Source: a virus
Taxonomy: Duplodnaviria; Caudoviricetes
IMG/VR virus record: IMGVR_UViG_3300043630_000005
Coordinates: 1-29,820 of that record
Strand: one strand, 5' to 3'
Length of the DNA stretch: 29,820 bases
This document shows positions 15,775 to 24,715 of the stretch, in pieces. The notes below the pieces were generated by a model, which saw only the letters and a program-made list of their open reading frames with translations, ran no database searches and was not told where the DNA came from. A program made the translations under genes and the position numbers. Numbering within the stretch: the first letter of the stretch is position 1; each line of letters begins with the position of its first letter.

Positions 15775-17736
15775 CTAGCCCTCGCCGCCCGCCGCGCCCT
15801 CGTCGTCCGGGGTGGGTGGCTTGGGCGGCCCCTTCCCGAAGTCGTTGGGGAGCGGCGGCTTTGGCCCGCCGAACGGGGGCTTCTTCGGCTTCGCCCCTGG
15901 CGGGAGATCGTCCGGGTGCCCGACCTCTCCGCCGATCGGGGGAGTCATCGCGGCCTGCTTCGCCTCGTCCTGCTTCCCGTCCTTCTGGACGCGCTTCCAC
16001 TCCTCCGCCGGGTCGACGCCGAAGGCCTGCGCCGCCGCCTCCGTCGCGGTCTGCTGAGAGAGGAACGGCTTACCCGTCGCGAGCTGGAACGTTGTCGCGA
16101 TCTTGCTCTGGTCGTCCGGCGTCGGCGGGAAGTAGGGCGGCCAGCGGAGGTCCGTCTCCGTTCCCCCCTCGCCCGGCTCGCGCGGGGTTCGCTTGATGCG
16201 CGTCTTCGGCTCCTCCGGGGGCTTCGCGAGCGCGGGTGGTTTCGGGGGAGGGGGCGGGGCGTTGGGATCCGGGGGTGCCGCGTCCGGGTCTTCCTCTTCC
16301 GGAGGAGCGTTGGGGTCCTTCGGCTGCTCGCCGGACGGGGGCGCGCTCGGCGCCTCCTCCTCGACGGGGACTTCCTCGACCTTCGGCGGGAGGACGATCG
16401 TCGGCTGCTGCGTCTGCGTTTCTTCCTGGCCGGTCTCCGGGTTGATGACCTGGACGGAGACGGGGTTCTTCATGCGCTGGCGCGCGATCTCCGTCGGCTC
16501 GTCCACAAGCTCGCGCGAGATCTGCCCGTACTGTTCGCGGAAGATGTCCGTCTTCGACGTCATCGCCGCGTACATCATCTTCATCGCAACGCTCGACGTG
16601 CCCTGCGCGGCGATCTCGCTCGGGTCGACGACGACGCACTGCGCGCCCTCGAGGATGCTCTTCCGGACGGCGTCGATCAGCTTCACGCCCGCCTCGATCG
16701 ACGTGCCCGCAAGCTCCATGTACTCCGCGTCGCCCTCCTCGCCGGTGACGATCGCGTTGTCGGAGCCCTTCTTCACGCCCATCCGGTTGACCAGCTCCGG
16801 GTCCATCTTGAGCTTGAGCGTCGGGTCGAGGTTGAGCGCGGCGCCGCGCGTTACGACGCTCTGGAGAACGTCGAGCGTGTCCATCTGGTCGAAGAGCCCC
16901 TCGTAGTCGCAGACGCCGTCGACGTCGTCGCTCGGGAGGTTCTGGATCCACTTCAGGTGGCAGACGCCGTCGCCGTGCTGGATGGTGTTCTTGAGATCGA
17001 TCTGCCAGTTCACCGGCTGGTTCGCCGGGCCCGGGAGGATCGGCGCGGGCTCGAAGATGATGTCCGCGTCGCGGGTCCAGTCGCGGCGGAACCAGTACCA
17101 AACTTTCGAGAAGGCGCGGCCGTCCCAGAGCACTCGCCAGAACGGGTAAACCTCGCTCACCCAGTCCGGGCGGAGGAGGAGCCGGTCCTGCCACGTGTGG
17201 ACGTAGAGGTTCTTCGAGTTGTGGACCTCGTAGCGGATGCGCCCCTTGTAGAAGCACCACGACATCCCGACGGTGCCGGAGGAGCCGCCGATCCCGCGCG
17301 CCTGGATCATCTTGAGCGGGAGCTGCCCGACGCGCGCGAGCGTCTGCTTGAAGTCCTCCTCCTTCTCGTCGCCGGAGACGCGGATCTGCGGGAAGCGGTT
17401 CTCCCCGAAGAGGAGGTTCGTAAAGCTGTCGACGATGATCTTCCCGAGCGGGTAGGGCGCGCTCGGCCGGCGGTCTCGGAGCGGGACGTACCAGCTAGCC
17501 TTCTCGCTCGAGAGGAGCGGCGTGGTCGAGCGCGGGCTCCAGAGGCGCCCGTCGAAGTCGAACATCTTCCCGTCGTGCTGCGTGCAGAGGTAGTACCGCT
17601 CGCGCCGCTCGAGGCCCGCGTAGCGGTCGCCGTAGAGGACGGAGTTTGGGCGGAACGTCATCGCCTCGCGCTCGATCGAGGGGTCGAACGCGGAGAAGCT
17701 CATCGCGTTGCCGGAGGCGATCTGGGTCATGCCCAT
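15775..17736 (-). CDS. Portal protein
   Basis: 653 aa; LGKIIVDSFTNLLFGE, GDAEYMEL, TSSVAMKMMY, DLRWPPYFPPT and SQQTA motifs typical of SPP1-like portals; upstream of MuF. Confidence 0.85.
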   Translation of the reverse strand: MGMTQIASGNAMSFSAFDPSIEREAMTFRPNSVLYGDRYAGLERRERYYLCTQHDGKMFDFDGRLWSPRSTTPLLSSEKASWYVPLRDRRPSAPYPLGKIIVDSFTNLLFGENRFPQIRVSGDEKEEDFKQTLARVGQLPLKMIQARGIGGSSGTVGMSWCFYKGRIRYEVHNSKNLYVHTWQDRLLLRPDWVSEVYPFWRVLWDGRAFSKVWYWFRRDWTRDADIIFEPAPILPGPANQPVNWQIDLKNTIQHGDGVCHLKWIQNLPSDDVDGVCDYEGLFDQMDTLDVLQSVVTRGAALNLDPTLKLKMDPELVNRMGVKKGSDNAIVTGEEGDAEYMELAGTSIEAGVKLIDAVRKSILEGAQCVVVDPSEIAAQGTSSVAMKMMYAAMTSKTDIFREQYGQISRELVDEPTEIARQRMKNPVSVQVINPETGQEETQTQQPTIVLPPKVEEVPVEEEAPSAPPSGEQPKDPNAPPEEEDPDAAPPDPNAPPPPPKPPALAKPPEEPKTRIKRTPREPGEGGTETDLRWPPYFPPTPDDQSKIATTFQLATGKPFLSQQTATEAAAQAFGVDPAEEWKRVQKDGKQDEAKQAAMTPPIGGEVGHPDDLPPGAKPKKPPFGGPKPPLPNDFGKGPPKPPTPDDEGAAGGEG

Positions 17737-17999
17737 CAGGACGCCCTCCGCCTAGCGCGGCGGTCCTCGAGTCCCCCGCGGAGCGGCGGCTCTGGCTTCT
17801 CCTCCGGCTCCGGGGGATCGGCGCGGAGGCCGTCGTCGACCATCTCGCGCGCGCGGCCGGTAAAGCCGACGACGCCCTTCTTGGAGACGACGATCTCCAT
17901 GGGGGCGCTCTCGACCGGCTCCTCGCCCGGCATGACCTCGTAGCCGAGGCGGACGAGGAAGTCCCCGAGCTTCGCGCGCAGTCGGTCCCGGAGCCGCAT
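17736..17999 (-). CDS. Small hypothetical protein
   Basis: 87 aa; TGATG coupling to the portal; TAGAGT 7 nt before the ATG. Confidence 0.6.
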   Translation of the reverse strand: MRLRDRLRAKLGDFLVRLGYEVMPGEEPVESAPMEIVVSKKGVVGFTGRAREMVDDGLRADPPEPEEKPEPPLRGGLEDRRARRRAS

Positions 18000-18014
18000 C
18001 CGGATTACTCTACA

Positions 18015-18998
18015 TCACCAGGCGGCGATGAGGACCAACCCGTGGCCGCCGCGCCCGCCCGCTCCGCCCGTCACGCCCGCGCCGCCACCTCCGCCTCCGC
18101 ACCCGATCTCGCCGTCGCCGCCCACTCCGCCGACTCCGGCCGCGCCGGCCGTCCCGCCGCCCGTCCCGCCCGTGAAGTAGAGCGAGCCGGACTTGTTCAG
18201 CGCGTAGAACTCCGCGATCGCCGCCTCGCCCATCACGAGGCCGCCGCCCATCGCGAGCCCGCGCATCCCGTCGTTGGTTCCGCTCCCGGTAGAGGGCCCG
18301 CCGCTGACCGGGTTCGCGTTCCCGAAGTTCGGGATGGTGCTGATCGCTCCGCCAGTCTTGTTCGCGTTCGTGTTGTCGACGCCGCCGCCGCCGGTGCCTC
18401 CCGACAGGGGGACGACTCCGCCGCCGCCCCAAGTCAGGCCGGACCCGTTCACGCCCGCGTTGCCGCCCGCGGTCCCGCTCGCGCCGTTATTCGATTGGAG
18501 GAACCCCATTACTGCTACCGCGGTTTGACCGGAGAGGGTGCCCGCGGAGGTGGTGTTGCCGCCAACGCCCGCTGCTCCCGCGTTGCCGCGTCCGCCGCCG
18601 TTGCCCTGGGCCAAAACGAACTGGAGATCGTTCGGAATGGAGGTGATGTAGCTGATCGCGCCGTCGGTTCCGTTGACCCCCGCGGCCCCGCCCGGGCCGC
18701 CGAAGCCGGGCTGCGCGAATAGTGTGTCCGGGACGCAGAACGCCGGGATGAGGAGCCGGGTCACGGCGCCCGTGCACCCGCCGCCGCCGCCTCCGCGGTT
18801 GCTTCCCGCCGCCCCCGTCTGGCCGCCTCCGCCTCCGCCGCCCCCGCCGATCACGAGGATGTAGAGCATCGTGGCGTTGCGCGGCTTCGTCCACGTCCGC
18901 CAGCCCGGTAGAGCGATGCCCGGGACGCCGTCGCTCCCGAGGAACGCGGCGCAGTCGAGGAGGCCGCTCAGTTGTGGCAGGCCGGCGTAGTCGCGCAT
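18015..18998 (-). CDS. Glycine-rich fibre-associated protein
   Basis: TWTKP...ILVIGGGGGGGGG...GAGGRGGHGLVLI, the Gly-rich domain common in phage fibre proteins. Confidence 0.8.
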   Translation of the reverse strand: MRDYAGLPQLSGLLDCAAFLGSDGVPGIALPGWRTWTKPRNATMLYILVIGGGGGGGGGQTGAAGSNRGGGGGGCTGAVTRLLIPAFCVPDTLFAQPGFGGPGGAAGVNGTDGAISYITSIPNDLQFVLAQGNGGGRGNAGAAGVGGNTTSAGTLSGQTAVAVMGFLQSNNGASGTAGGNAGVNGSGLTWGGGGVVPLSGGTGGGGVDNTNANKTGGAISTIPNFGNANPVSGGPSTGSGTNDGMRGLAMGGGLVMGEAAIAEFYALNKSGSLYFTGGTGGGTAGAAGVGGVGGDGEIGCGGGGGGAGVTGGAGGRGGHGLVLIAAW

Positions 18999-19450
18999 CA
19001 GTAGTCGCCGCCGTACACGACTGCCCGCCAGACCGAGTTCGCCGCCGGCGCCACGTGGTTCGTGACGAGGAGGAACGTGCCCGGGGGCATGGCGAAACCT
19101 AGGGGGACGTCAAACGGGGGGATGCCCTGCGTCGAGTGGTCGATCGTCCACGCCTGGAGCGACGTCTCGCGGATCAGGACGGTCGTCGCGCTCGTCACGG
19201 CCCCGGCGCCGAGCGTCGAGAAGAATACGCGCGCGGTCGTCGCGTTCGTGAAGTTCGCGGCGGTCGACGACGTCGGCGCCCACTGCAAGCGCTCGACGAA
19301 GGAGCCGTTGACCGCGTCCGCGGTGAACGCGAGGAACATGTCCGTGGCGATGGTTCCGGCGCCGTCGCTCTTGACGTTCGCGGCGGTGACGCCGACGAAG
19401 CCGATCTTTGCGACCTTCGTGAAGCGGGGAGACGTGTTCGGAGCTGCCAT
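18998..19450 (-). CDS. Putative fibre/structural protein
   Basis: 150 aa, MAAPNTSPRF...VVYGGDY; coupled to the Gly-rich gene; GAGGA SD. Confidence 0.7.
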   Translation of the reverse strand: MAAPNTSPRFTKVAKIGFVGVTAANVKSDGAGTIATDMFLAFTADAVNGSFVERLQWAPTSSTAANFTNATTARVFFSTLGAGAVTSATTVLIRETSLQAWTIDHSTQGIPPFDVPLGFAMPPGTFLLVTNHVAPAANSVWRAVVYGGDY

Positions 19451-19463
19451 GTTTTGGTCCTCG

Positions 19464-19937
19464 TTACGGAATCAGGAAACCCATCTGCATCGCGACCGTC
19501 CCGCCAGCGCCGCCCCCGCCGTCGACCGCGTCGAAGTAGGGGTTCACGTACGTCTGCCACCCGTCGTCCTGCCCGCCGAAGTTGCACGAGTCGCCCGTGA
19601 CTTGGAAGGACGGCGGCAGACGACCGTTCGCGTTCAGGACGCCGACGCAGCGGAGGTCCTTGTCGATGAGCCCGTTCGCGTCCTGGACGATCAGCTCGAT
19701 CGCGTACATGCCGGCGACGTCCGGCGTGAACGTGAACGTCGGGACGGCGCCGAGGCTCTTGACGCCCTTCGTTAGCGCGCTCCCGAGCGGTCGCCCCTTG
19801 AGGGTGTACGTCCAGATCTTCACCGTGGAGTCGTCCGAGTTCGCGGCGACGACGGGCGTTGCGGCGAGGACGATCAGGGCCTGGCCGTCGAGGCCCACGG
19901 TGATTCCCTGCGTGAACTGGAGGAGCGCAGAGGGCAA
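19464..19937 (-). CDS. PKD/Ig-like domain structural protein
   Basis: WTYTLKGRPLGS...FTFTPDVAGMYAIELIVQD is a PKD-like signature; TTG start with GAGGAG SD. Confidence 0.7.
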   Translation of the reverse strand: MPSALLQFTQGITVGLDGQALIVLAATPVVAANSDDSTVKIWTYTLKGRPLGSALTKGVKSLGAVPTFTFTPDVAGMYAIELIVQDANGLIDKDLRCVGVLNANGRLPPSFQVTGDSCNFGGQDDGWQTYVNPYFDAVDGGGGAGGTVAMQMGFLIP

Positions 19938-19940
19938 CGA

Positions 19941-20228
19941 CTACTCCTCGGCGCTCTTCTTCGCGCTCGGCTTCTTCGCGCTCTTCTTCTCTTCGGCGGG
20001 GTCTGCGGCGACGTGGTCCGAGACCTCGCCGTAGCACTTCTCGCAGACGCGCTCGCCCGGGAGCGGCTCGTCGACGATCATCGAGAGGCCCCAGAGCCCG
20101 CACTTCGACGCCTTCATCTGGTGGTCGCGCCCCGTCCTCCGGAAGGGCGACTCGTCGATCGGCTTCGTCAGCCCGGGAGTCTCGTCCATCGCGTGCCACT
20201 CGTCGTTGATCTTGATGTGCTTCGCCAT
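19941..20228 (-). CDS. Small zinc-finger-like protein with Lys-rich tail
   Basis: WH...SKCG...VCEKC; AGGAG SD. Confidence 0.65.
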   Translation of the reverse strand: MAKHIKINDEWHAMDETPGLTKPIDESPFRRTGRDHQMKASKCGLWGLSMIVDEPLPGERVCEKCYGEVSDHVAADPAEEKKSAKKPSAKKSAEE

Positions 20229-20253
20229 CGTCGTCTCCTCGTTCCTTTTTTCT

Positions 20254-21939
20254 CTAGTACCGAAGCCCGGTTGACTTGCGGATGCTGCACCGGCGCGTGA
20301 AGTCGTGGACGTTGTCCTTGCTCACCGCGGAGTTCTGGATGTTCGGCCACGTCAAGTTGATCGACGCGAGGAACGTTCGGGTGGCGAGGTCGAACGGCTC
20401 GCCGACGAGGCGGTTGCCCATGCGGATGTCGCCGCCGGCGCCAGTGATCGACAGCTTGTTCGCGTTCCGGTAACGCACGGATCCGTCGTCGTCGATCTCG
20501 ACGCCGACCACTCCGCCGGTCGCGCTGGTTCCCCAAGCGTATCCGCCGAGGCCGTAGAAGAGCGTGGTGAAGAGGACTCGACCGTCCTCGCGCGCGAAGA
20601 TTCCGCCGCCGCTGTAGCGAGCGTCCATGACGCCGACGGCGTCGACCAGCGCCGTCCCGTCCGAGAACAACCCCGCCGTCAGCGATCCGCCGACGATGGG
20701 ATCTTGAAGGAGGACGTCGTTGTAGAAGGACGCGTACTCACCCTGCGTCACGCCCAGCTCGGTGTAGAGCCCGACGTCGACGCCGTCGTTCGGTTGGTTG
20801 TTGCCTCCGAGCGCCAAGAAGCCGTTGAAGCCGCAGCAGTTCTCCAGCGTCACCCACGAGGTGAACTCGGAAATGGCGTTGCGAAACATCCAGCTACTCG
20901 CGCCGTTGATCGATCCATCCGGGAATTGCCCGGTGAACCGGCAGTTGACCGGGAGAAGAACGCACCCGTCCGTGTCGACGAGGGTCGCGCCGCCCGTCGG
21001 GAGCCATTGGTTGAAGTCGTAGTCGTTGAAGAAGACGACCGCCTGATTCCCGTACGCCGCGTTCCCGCCGCGCACGCGAATGTAATCGACGCACATCGCG
21101 CCGGACGCCTGCTCGACGACGAACGGGTCCGCCGCCGCGAGGACGACCGGCGTCTGGATCTGCCCGGTGAACGGGTCCGGGTCGAAGATGGCCGGCTCGC
21201 TGACGCGGTACGCGCCGCCGCCGAGACTCTTCGCGAGCCAGCAGCGGGCTCCCGCGCGCGGCCCCGTTGGGACGCGGACGCGCATGGTGAGGTCGGTCGC
21301 GTCGAGCGCCGCCTGCGAGAAGGAGTTCGGCGTGTTCGTCGACCGGACGCGCGGGGTCGAAGCGGCGATCGGCTGGACGGTGCGCTTCAAGAGGAGCGGC
21401 GGCGCCTGGAAGATGACGACCGGGCCGCCCACGGGGCTCCCGCCGCTCCGCGTCTGCTGGAGGTTCAGGTCGAGCCGGAGCGGGTCCGTGAAGTTCGGCG
21501 GGTAGTCGAGGTGGTTGATCGCGAGGTTCGCCGTGATGGGGACGTTCCGCGTCCGGCGGTTCAGCTCGTCGTTGCTCTGGATCGGCGAGTTCGGGTAGCC
21601 GCTAGAGCGGTCGTCGCCGAACTTCGACGAGACCGTGATGCTCTGCGTGATCCCGGCCTGGATGAGCGACTGGCGCGCGCGCGTTTGCACGGTGCCGCCG
21701 AGCATGATGTTCGTCAGCTCCGTCTCGTTCTGCGCGCGGTTCCTCGCGCGGTTCGCGACGGCGGCCGCCCTCGCCATGTCCGGGTCTTGGGTCGACCAGA
21801 GGACTCCGCCCGCGGCCTGGAAGCGGCCGACGTCGTCCGGCGTCAGCCCAGTCGCGCGCTCGCCCGGCATGAACTTCGTGGCGCCGCCGCCGCCGTCGGT
21901 GTTGATGGTCGCTCCAACGACGACGAAGTAGTCGGTCAT
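20254..21939 (-). CDS. Putative fibre/spike protein
   Basis: 561 aa; N-terminal module shared with 9891-10568; GDDRSSG...PIQS motif followed by a beta-helix-like region. Confidence 0.65.
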   Translation of the reverse strand: MTDYFVVVGATINTDGGGGATKFMPGERATGLTPDDVGRFQAAGGVLWSTQDPDMARAAAVANRARNRAQNETELTNIMLGGTVQTRARQSLIQAGITQSITVSSKFGDDRSSGYPNSPIQSNDELNRRTRNVPITANLAINHLDYPPNFTDPLRLDLNLQQTRSGGSPVGGPVVIFQAPPLLLKRTVQPIAASTPRVRSTNTPNSFSQAALDATDLTMRVRVPTGPRAGARCWLAKSLGGGAYRVSEPAIFDPDPFTGQIQTPVVLAAADPFVVEQASGAMCVDYIRVRGGNAAYGNQAVVFFNDYDFNQWLPTGGATLVDTDGCVLLPVNCRFTGQFPDGSINGASSWMFRNAISEFTSWVTLENCCGFNGFLALGGNNQPNDGVDVGLYTELGVTQGEYASFYNDVLLQDPIVGGSLTAGLFSDGTALVDAVGVMDARYSGGGIFAREDGRVLFTTLFYGLGGYAWGTSATGGVVGVEIDDDGSVRYRNANKLSITGAGGDIRMGNRLVGEPFDLATRTFLASINLTWPNIQNSAVSKDNVHDFTRRCSIRKSTGLRY

Positions 21940-21945
21940 GGAGAG

Positions 21946-21997
21946 AGGCTAGCCCGCGCGCCCGCGCGTCACAAGCGCGCGAGAACCCGGGTTCACG
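21946..21997 (-). promoter_or_regulatory. Promoter TTGTGA-17-TAGCCT with upstream palindrome (copy 2)
   Basis: -10 21946-21951, -35 21969-21974, CGAGAACCCGGGTTCACG at 21980-21997. Confidence 0.7.
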
Positions 21998-22516
21998 TCA
22001 GATGGGGAGCGTCGTGAGGTCGCCGGCCATCGCGAACGTGTACGTCCCGTTCGGCCCGGCGCCCGGCGCGACGACGAGCATTGCCTGGATGCAGCCGCCG
22101 GTCGTCGCCTTGTTCTTCGTGAGGTTCCCGACGCGCGCGTTCACCGGCGCGACGACGTCGAAGAAGGAGAGCTGGTTCGGCGGGATCGTCGCGGGGAAGG
22201 ACGCGCCCGTGTAGTACCAGAGCGCGGTCAGCTCGTCGTAGACCCAGAGCTTCGCGGCGAGCGCGATCGGGGCGACGGCGTCCGTGGCGTAGCTCACGAC
22301 GATGCGGTGGACGGGCCAGCCCTGGTCGCTCCAGAGCGGGCAGATGAGGACGTTGTCCCTGTTCGCCGTGTTCTGGAAGTCGTCCGGGTCCGGGGGCGGG
22401 AGCGGGACTCCGCCCGGCGGGGGGAAGTTCGCCGGCGTCGGGTCGAGGTCCGCGCTCATTAGCGGGATGACTCCCGCGCCGCCGATCCGCCTCTGGAACA
22501 TCCTCGTCATTCGCAT
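21998..22516 (-). CDS. Hypothetical, probably structural protein
   Basis: Start revised to ATG 22516 (or 22510), just after the upstream stop: MRMTRMFQRRIGG... Confidence 0.65.
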   Translation of the reverse strand: MRMTRMFQRRIGGAGVIPLMSADLDPTPANFPPPGGVPLPPPDPDDFQNTANRDNVLICPLWSDQGWPVHRIVVSYATDAVAPIALAAKLWVYDELTALWYYTGASFPATIPPNQLSFFDVVAPVNARVGNLTKNKATTGGCIQAMLVVAPGAGPNGTYTFAMAGDLTTLPI

Positions 22517-22521
22517 CGGAA

Positions 22522-23211
22522 TTACGTCCCTGACTGCGCGAGCGAGGCTGCGAGCCACACGCACCGCACACCCGGCATCATGCCATAGAGCGCGAAGTCG
22601 TAGAACCCCGGACCGCGGAGCTGGACGACGCCGCGCCCGCCGACCGTCCAGCCGCCGTCCTCGTCCGGGTCGCCGAGAGTGTTCGCGGAGACGAGCCCGC
22701 CGCCCTCCGCCTGAACGGGGGCGCTCCAGCCGGACGCGTGACTCGGGAGCCCGATGAGGCGCAGGAAGCCCGTCGTCGGCCCGGGGGACGGGATGAGGCG
22801 CGCGGCCCAGTGAACGCGGCGGTGCGTGACCTCCGCCCAGAGCGTGATCGGGCAGAACGACTCGGACGCCGCGGCCTCGAGCGGCCAGCCCGCGCCCCAC
22901 GCCCGCTTCATGAATCCGCCGACGCCGCTCTTCCGGAACAGGACCGGGTCGCACGGGAGGACGACGCCGCCGCGCTGCCCGAGGATCTCCGCGCGCTGGG
23001 CGTCGACGACTCCGCCGTCCCAGAACTCGCCGGACGGGTCGTGAACGACGATGTGCTGCCGGTCCTGCGCGAGGCCTGCCCACGCGCGGTGCCCGTCCTG
23101 GCGCTTCCGCTGGGGCTCCGGCTCTCCGGGCTCCAGCCCCTCGTCTTCGCCCTCGTCATCGAACAGGGGCTTCTTCTCTTCAGCCTTCTCGCTCGCCGCC
23201 GCTTCTTCCAT
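22522..23211 (-). CDS. Hypothetical protein
   Basis: 229 aa; GGAGG SD; acidic N-terminus. Confidence 0.65.
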   Translation of the reverse strand: MEEAAASEKAEEKKPLFDDEGEDEGLEPGEPEPQRKRQDGHRAWAGLAQDRQHIVVHDPSGEFWDGGVVDAQRAEILGQRGGVVLPCDPVLFRKSGVGGFMKRAWGAGWPLEAAASESFCPITLWAEVTHRRVHWAARLIPSPGPTTGFLRLIGLPSHASGWSAPVQAEGGGLVSANTLGDPDEDGGWTVGGRGVVQLRGPGFYDFALYGMMPGVRCVWLAASLAQSGT

Positions 23212-23235
23212 GGGAGTGCGCCTCCGGAGGGGAGC

Positions 23236-23859
23236 CTACCACTCGGAGGAAACGTAGGGGTGCGCCTTGAAGTAGTCGCGCGCGATCGCCTGCCGCTTCG
23301 CCGCGAGCGGGCAGCCGTGGTCCGGCGCCTCCTCGCTGTACTTCTCGCCGGAGTAGCCGCAGAGCCCGATCTTCGCGCGGAGGCTCGCGCGCATGATGTG
23401 GAGCGCGAGGCGCGCCGCGAGTCGGCGATCCGCGATGAGCCTCGGCCCCGTGATCGGGTCGCCGACTCCGCCCATCGAGGTGAACGTCTCGCCCATCAGC
23501 CACAGACCCTTGCCCAGGTGGATCTGCCAGATCGACCACGCCGCGTGCGAGTCGCAGTCCATGCCCGCCTTCTTCAGGAGATCGAGGCCGAAGTTGTCCT
23601 CCGGGTGAAGCCCGTTGCACGTCCCGTTGTCGACGACCCTCCAGTAGTTCGACTCGAGGGCGGCCACGCCCGCGAGCTGAAGCGCGGACTTCGCGCGGTC
23701 CGCGTCGTCGTCGTAGAGCGTCTTCTCGGACGGGTCCGCGGCGACTGCGACGACGTCCTCCGCGATCGAGTCGTAGTGGGAGACGTCCCTGCCGGGTTGG
23801 TTCGCCGTCGGCGACCAGGTGAGCATCGCCTTCAGGATGTACTTCGCGAGCGGGGACAT
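23236..23859 (-). CDS. Lytic transglycosylase/lysozyme-like protein
   Basis: AGVAALESNY (catalytic-Glu-like ES motif) and AWSIWQIH (GxxQ-equivalent); adjacent to GH25; GGAGG SD. Confidence 0.55.
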   Translation of the reverse strand: MSPLAKYILKAMLTWSPTANQPGRDVSHYDSIAEDVVAVAADPSEKTLYDDDADRAKSALQLAGVAALESNYWRVVDNGTCNGLHPEDNFGLDLLKKAGMDCDSHAAWSIWQIHLGKGLWLMGETFTSMGGVGDPITGPRLIADRRLAARLALHIMRASLRAKIGLCGYSGEKYSEEAPDHGCPLAAKRQAIARDYFKAHPYVSSEW

Positions 23860-23904
23860 GGGACCTCCGGAAACGGTGGGTTTAGCCCGTTGCCGCCCCG
23901 GGGG

Positions 23905-24639
23905 CTAGGCGGGCGCGTCGTCCGGGGCGGTGTCGCTCACGTAGAGCCGGAAACCGCCCTTGGTCCCGTTGAAGACGTTGACGTCCGCGTAGCTCGCGAT
24001 CCCCGGCCACGTGGCCTCGTTCCCGTACGGCTTGCGCATCCCGCCGCCGTGCTGCCAGAGGAGGACCTCCTTGAACGGCGCAGGTGGGTGCGGGAACGTC
24101 GCGGGCTCGAGGACGAAGGTCGCGGGGTAGGCGGCGAGCCAGAGCGGGAGGTCCGCCCACGAGTCGTCGAGCCCGATCGAGTGAAGGAACGACGGGGAGC
24201 CGTAGACGCCGAGCTTCCTGCCGGCGGCCTCGACCGTCTTCCGGAACTCGTTCAGCCAGAGCCTCCAGAGCGGGATCTCCGCCGCCGTCGGGAGCGGCTT
24301 GCTCGGGAGCGGCTCGACGTCGACGAAGATCGTCCCGGGCTTCGCGATCCCGGCGTTCTCCTCCACGCGCTGCGCCGCCGCGATGACGCTCTCCGCCTCC
24401 GCGCGCGCGTCCGCGGCCCAGTCCGGGCCGTTCGGCTCGACGAAGTGGTACCAGCAGAAGTCGACGATGCCCGCCGCGAGCGCCGCGCGCGTTTGCGCGA
24501 GCGCGTAGAAGTTCGCGCCGAGGTTTCCCTGCGTCAGCTTCACGGCGAGGAAGGAGCACTCGTAGCCGTCGCGCCCGTCGCGGGCCTTCTTGAAGTCCGC
24601 GTCCTTCTGGTAGCCGGAGACGTCTAGGCCGAAGATCAC
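23905..24639 (-). CDS. GH25 muramidase (endolysin)
   Basis: FGLDVSGYQ, VKLTQG, WYHF, FVDVE, LWLAAY, LLWQH, DVNVFNG motifs. Start revised to GTG 24639, which has an AAGGA SD. Confidence 0.9.
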   Translation of the reverse strand: MIFGLDVSGYQKDADFKKARDGRDGYECSFLAVKLTQGNLGANFYALAQTRAALAAGIVDFCWYHFVEPNGPDWAADARAEAESVIAAAQRVEENAGIAKPGTIFVDVEPLPSKPLPTAAEIPLWRLWLNEFRKTVEAAGRKLGVYGSPSFLHSIGLDDSWADLPLWLAAYPATFVLEPATFPHPPAPFKEVLLWQHGGGMRKPYGNEATWPGIASYADVNVFNGTKGGFRLYVSDTAPDDAPA

Positions 24640-24657
24640 AGGGCGTCCTTTAGCCAG

Positions 24658-24686
24658 ATGGTACACCACGTCGCCGCCGCGACGAA
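24658..24686 (-). promoter_or_regulatory. Possible promoter TTCGTC-17-TACCAT for the endolysin
   Basis: In the gap between the lipoprotein stop and the endolysin SD. Confidence 0.45.
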
Positions 24687-24715
24687 GGCGAGCGAGGCGA
24701 TCCAGAACCAGACCG

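Noticed and set aside
18015-18998. GCC/CCG-rich runs as simple-sequence repeats
   Set aside because: Explained by poly-Gly codons of the glycine-rich fibre protein.
21983-21994. GAAC-N4-GTTC match to the Gram-positive LexA box
   Set aside because: Only one of three copies is perfect, the CCGG spacer and flanks are also conserved, and the sites lie upstream of the -35 rather than over the promoter; a phage activator site fits better, though LexA is not excluded.
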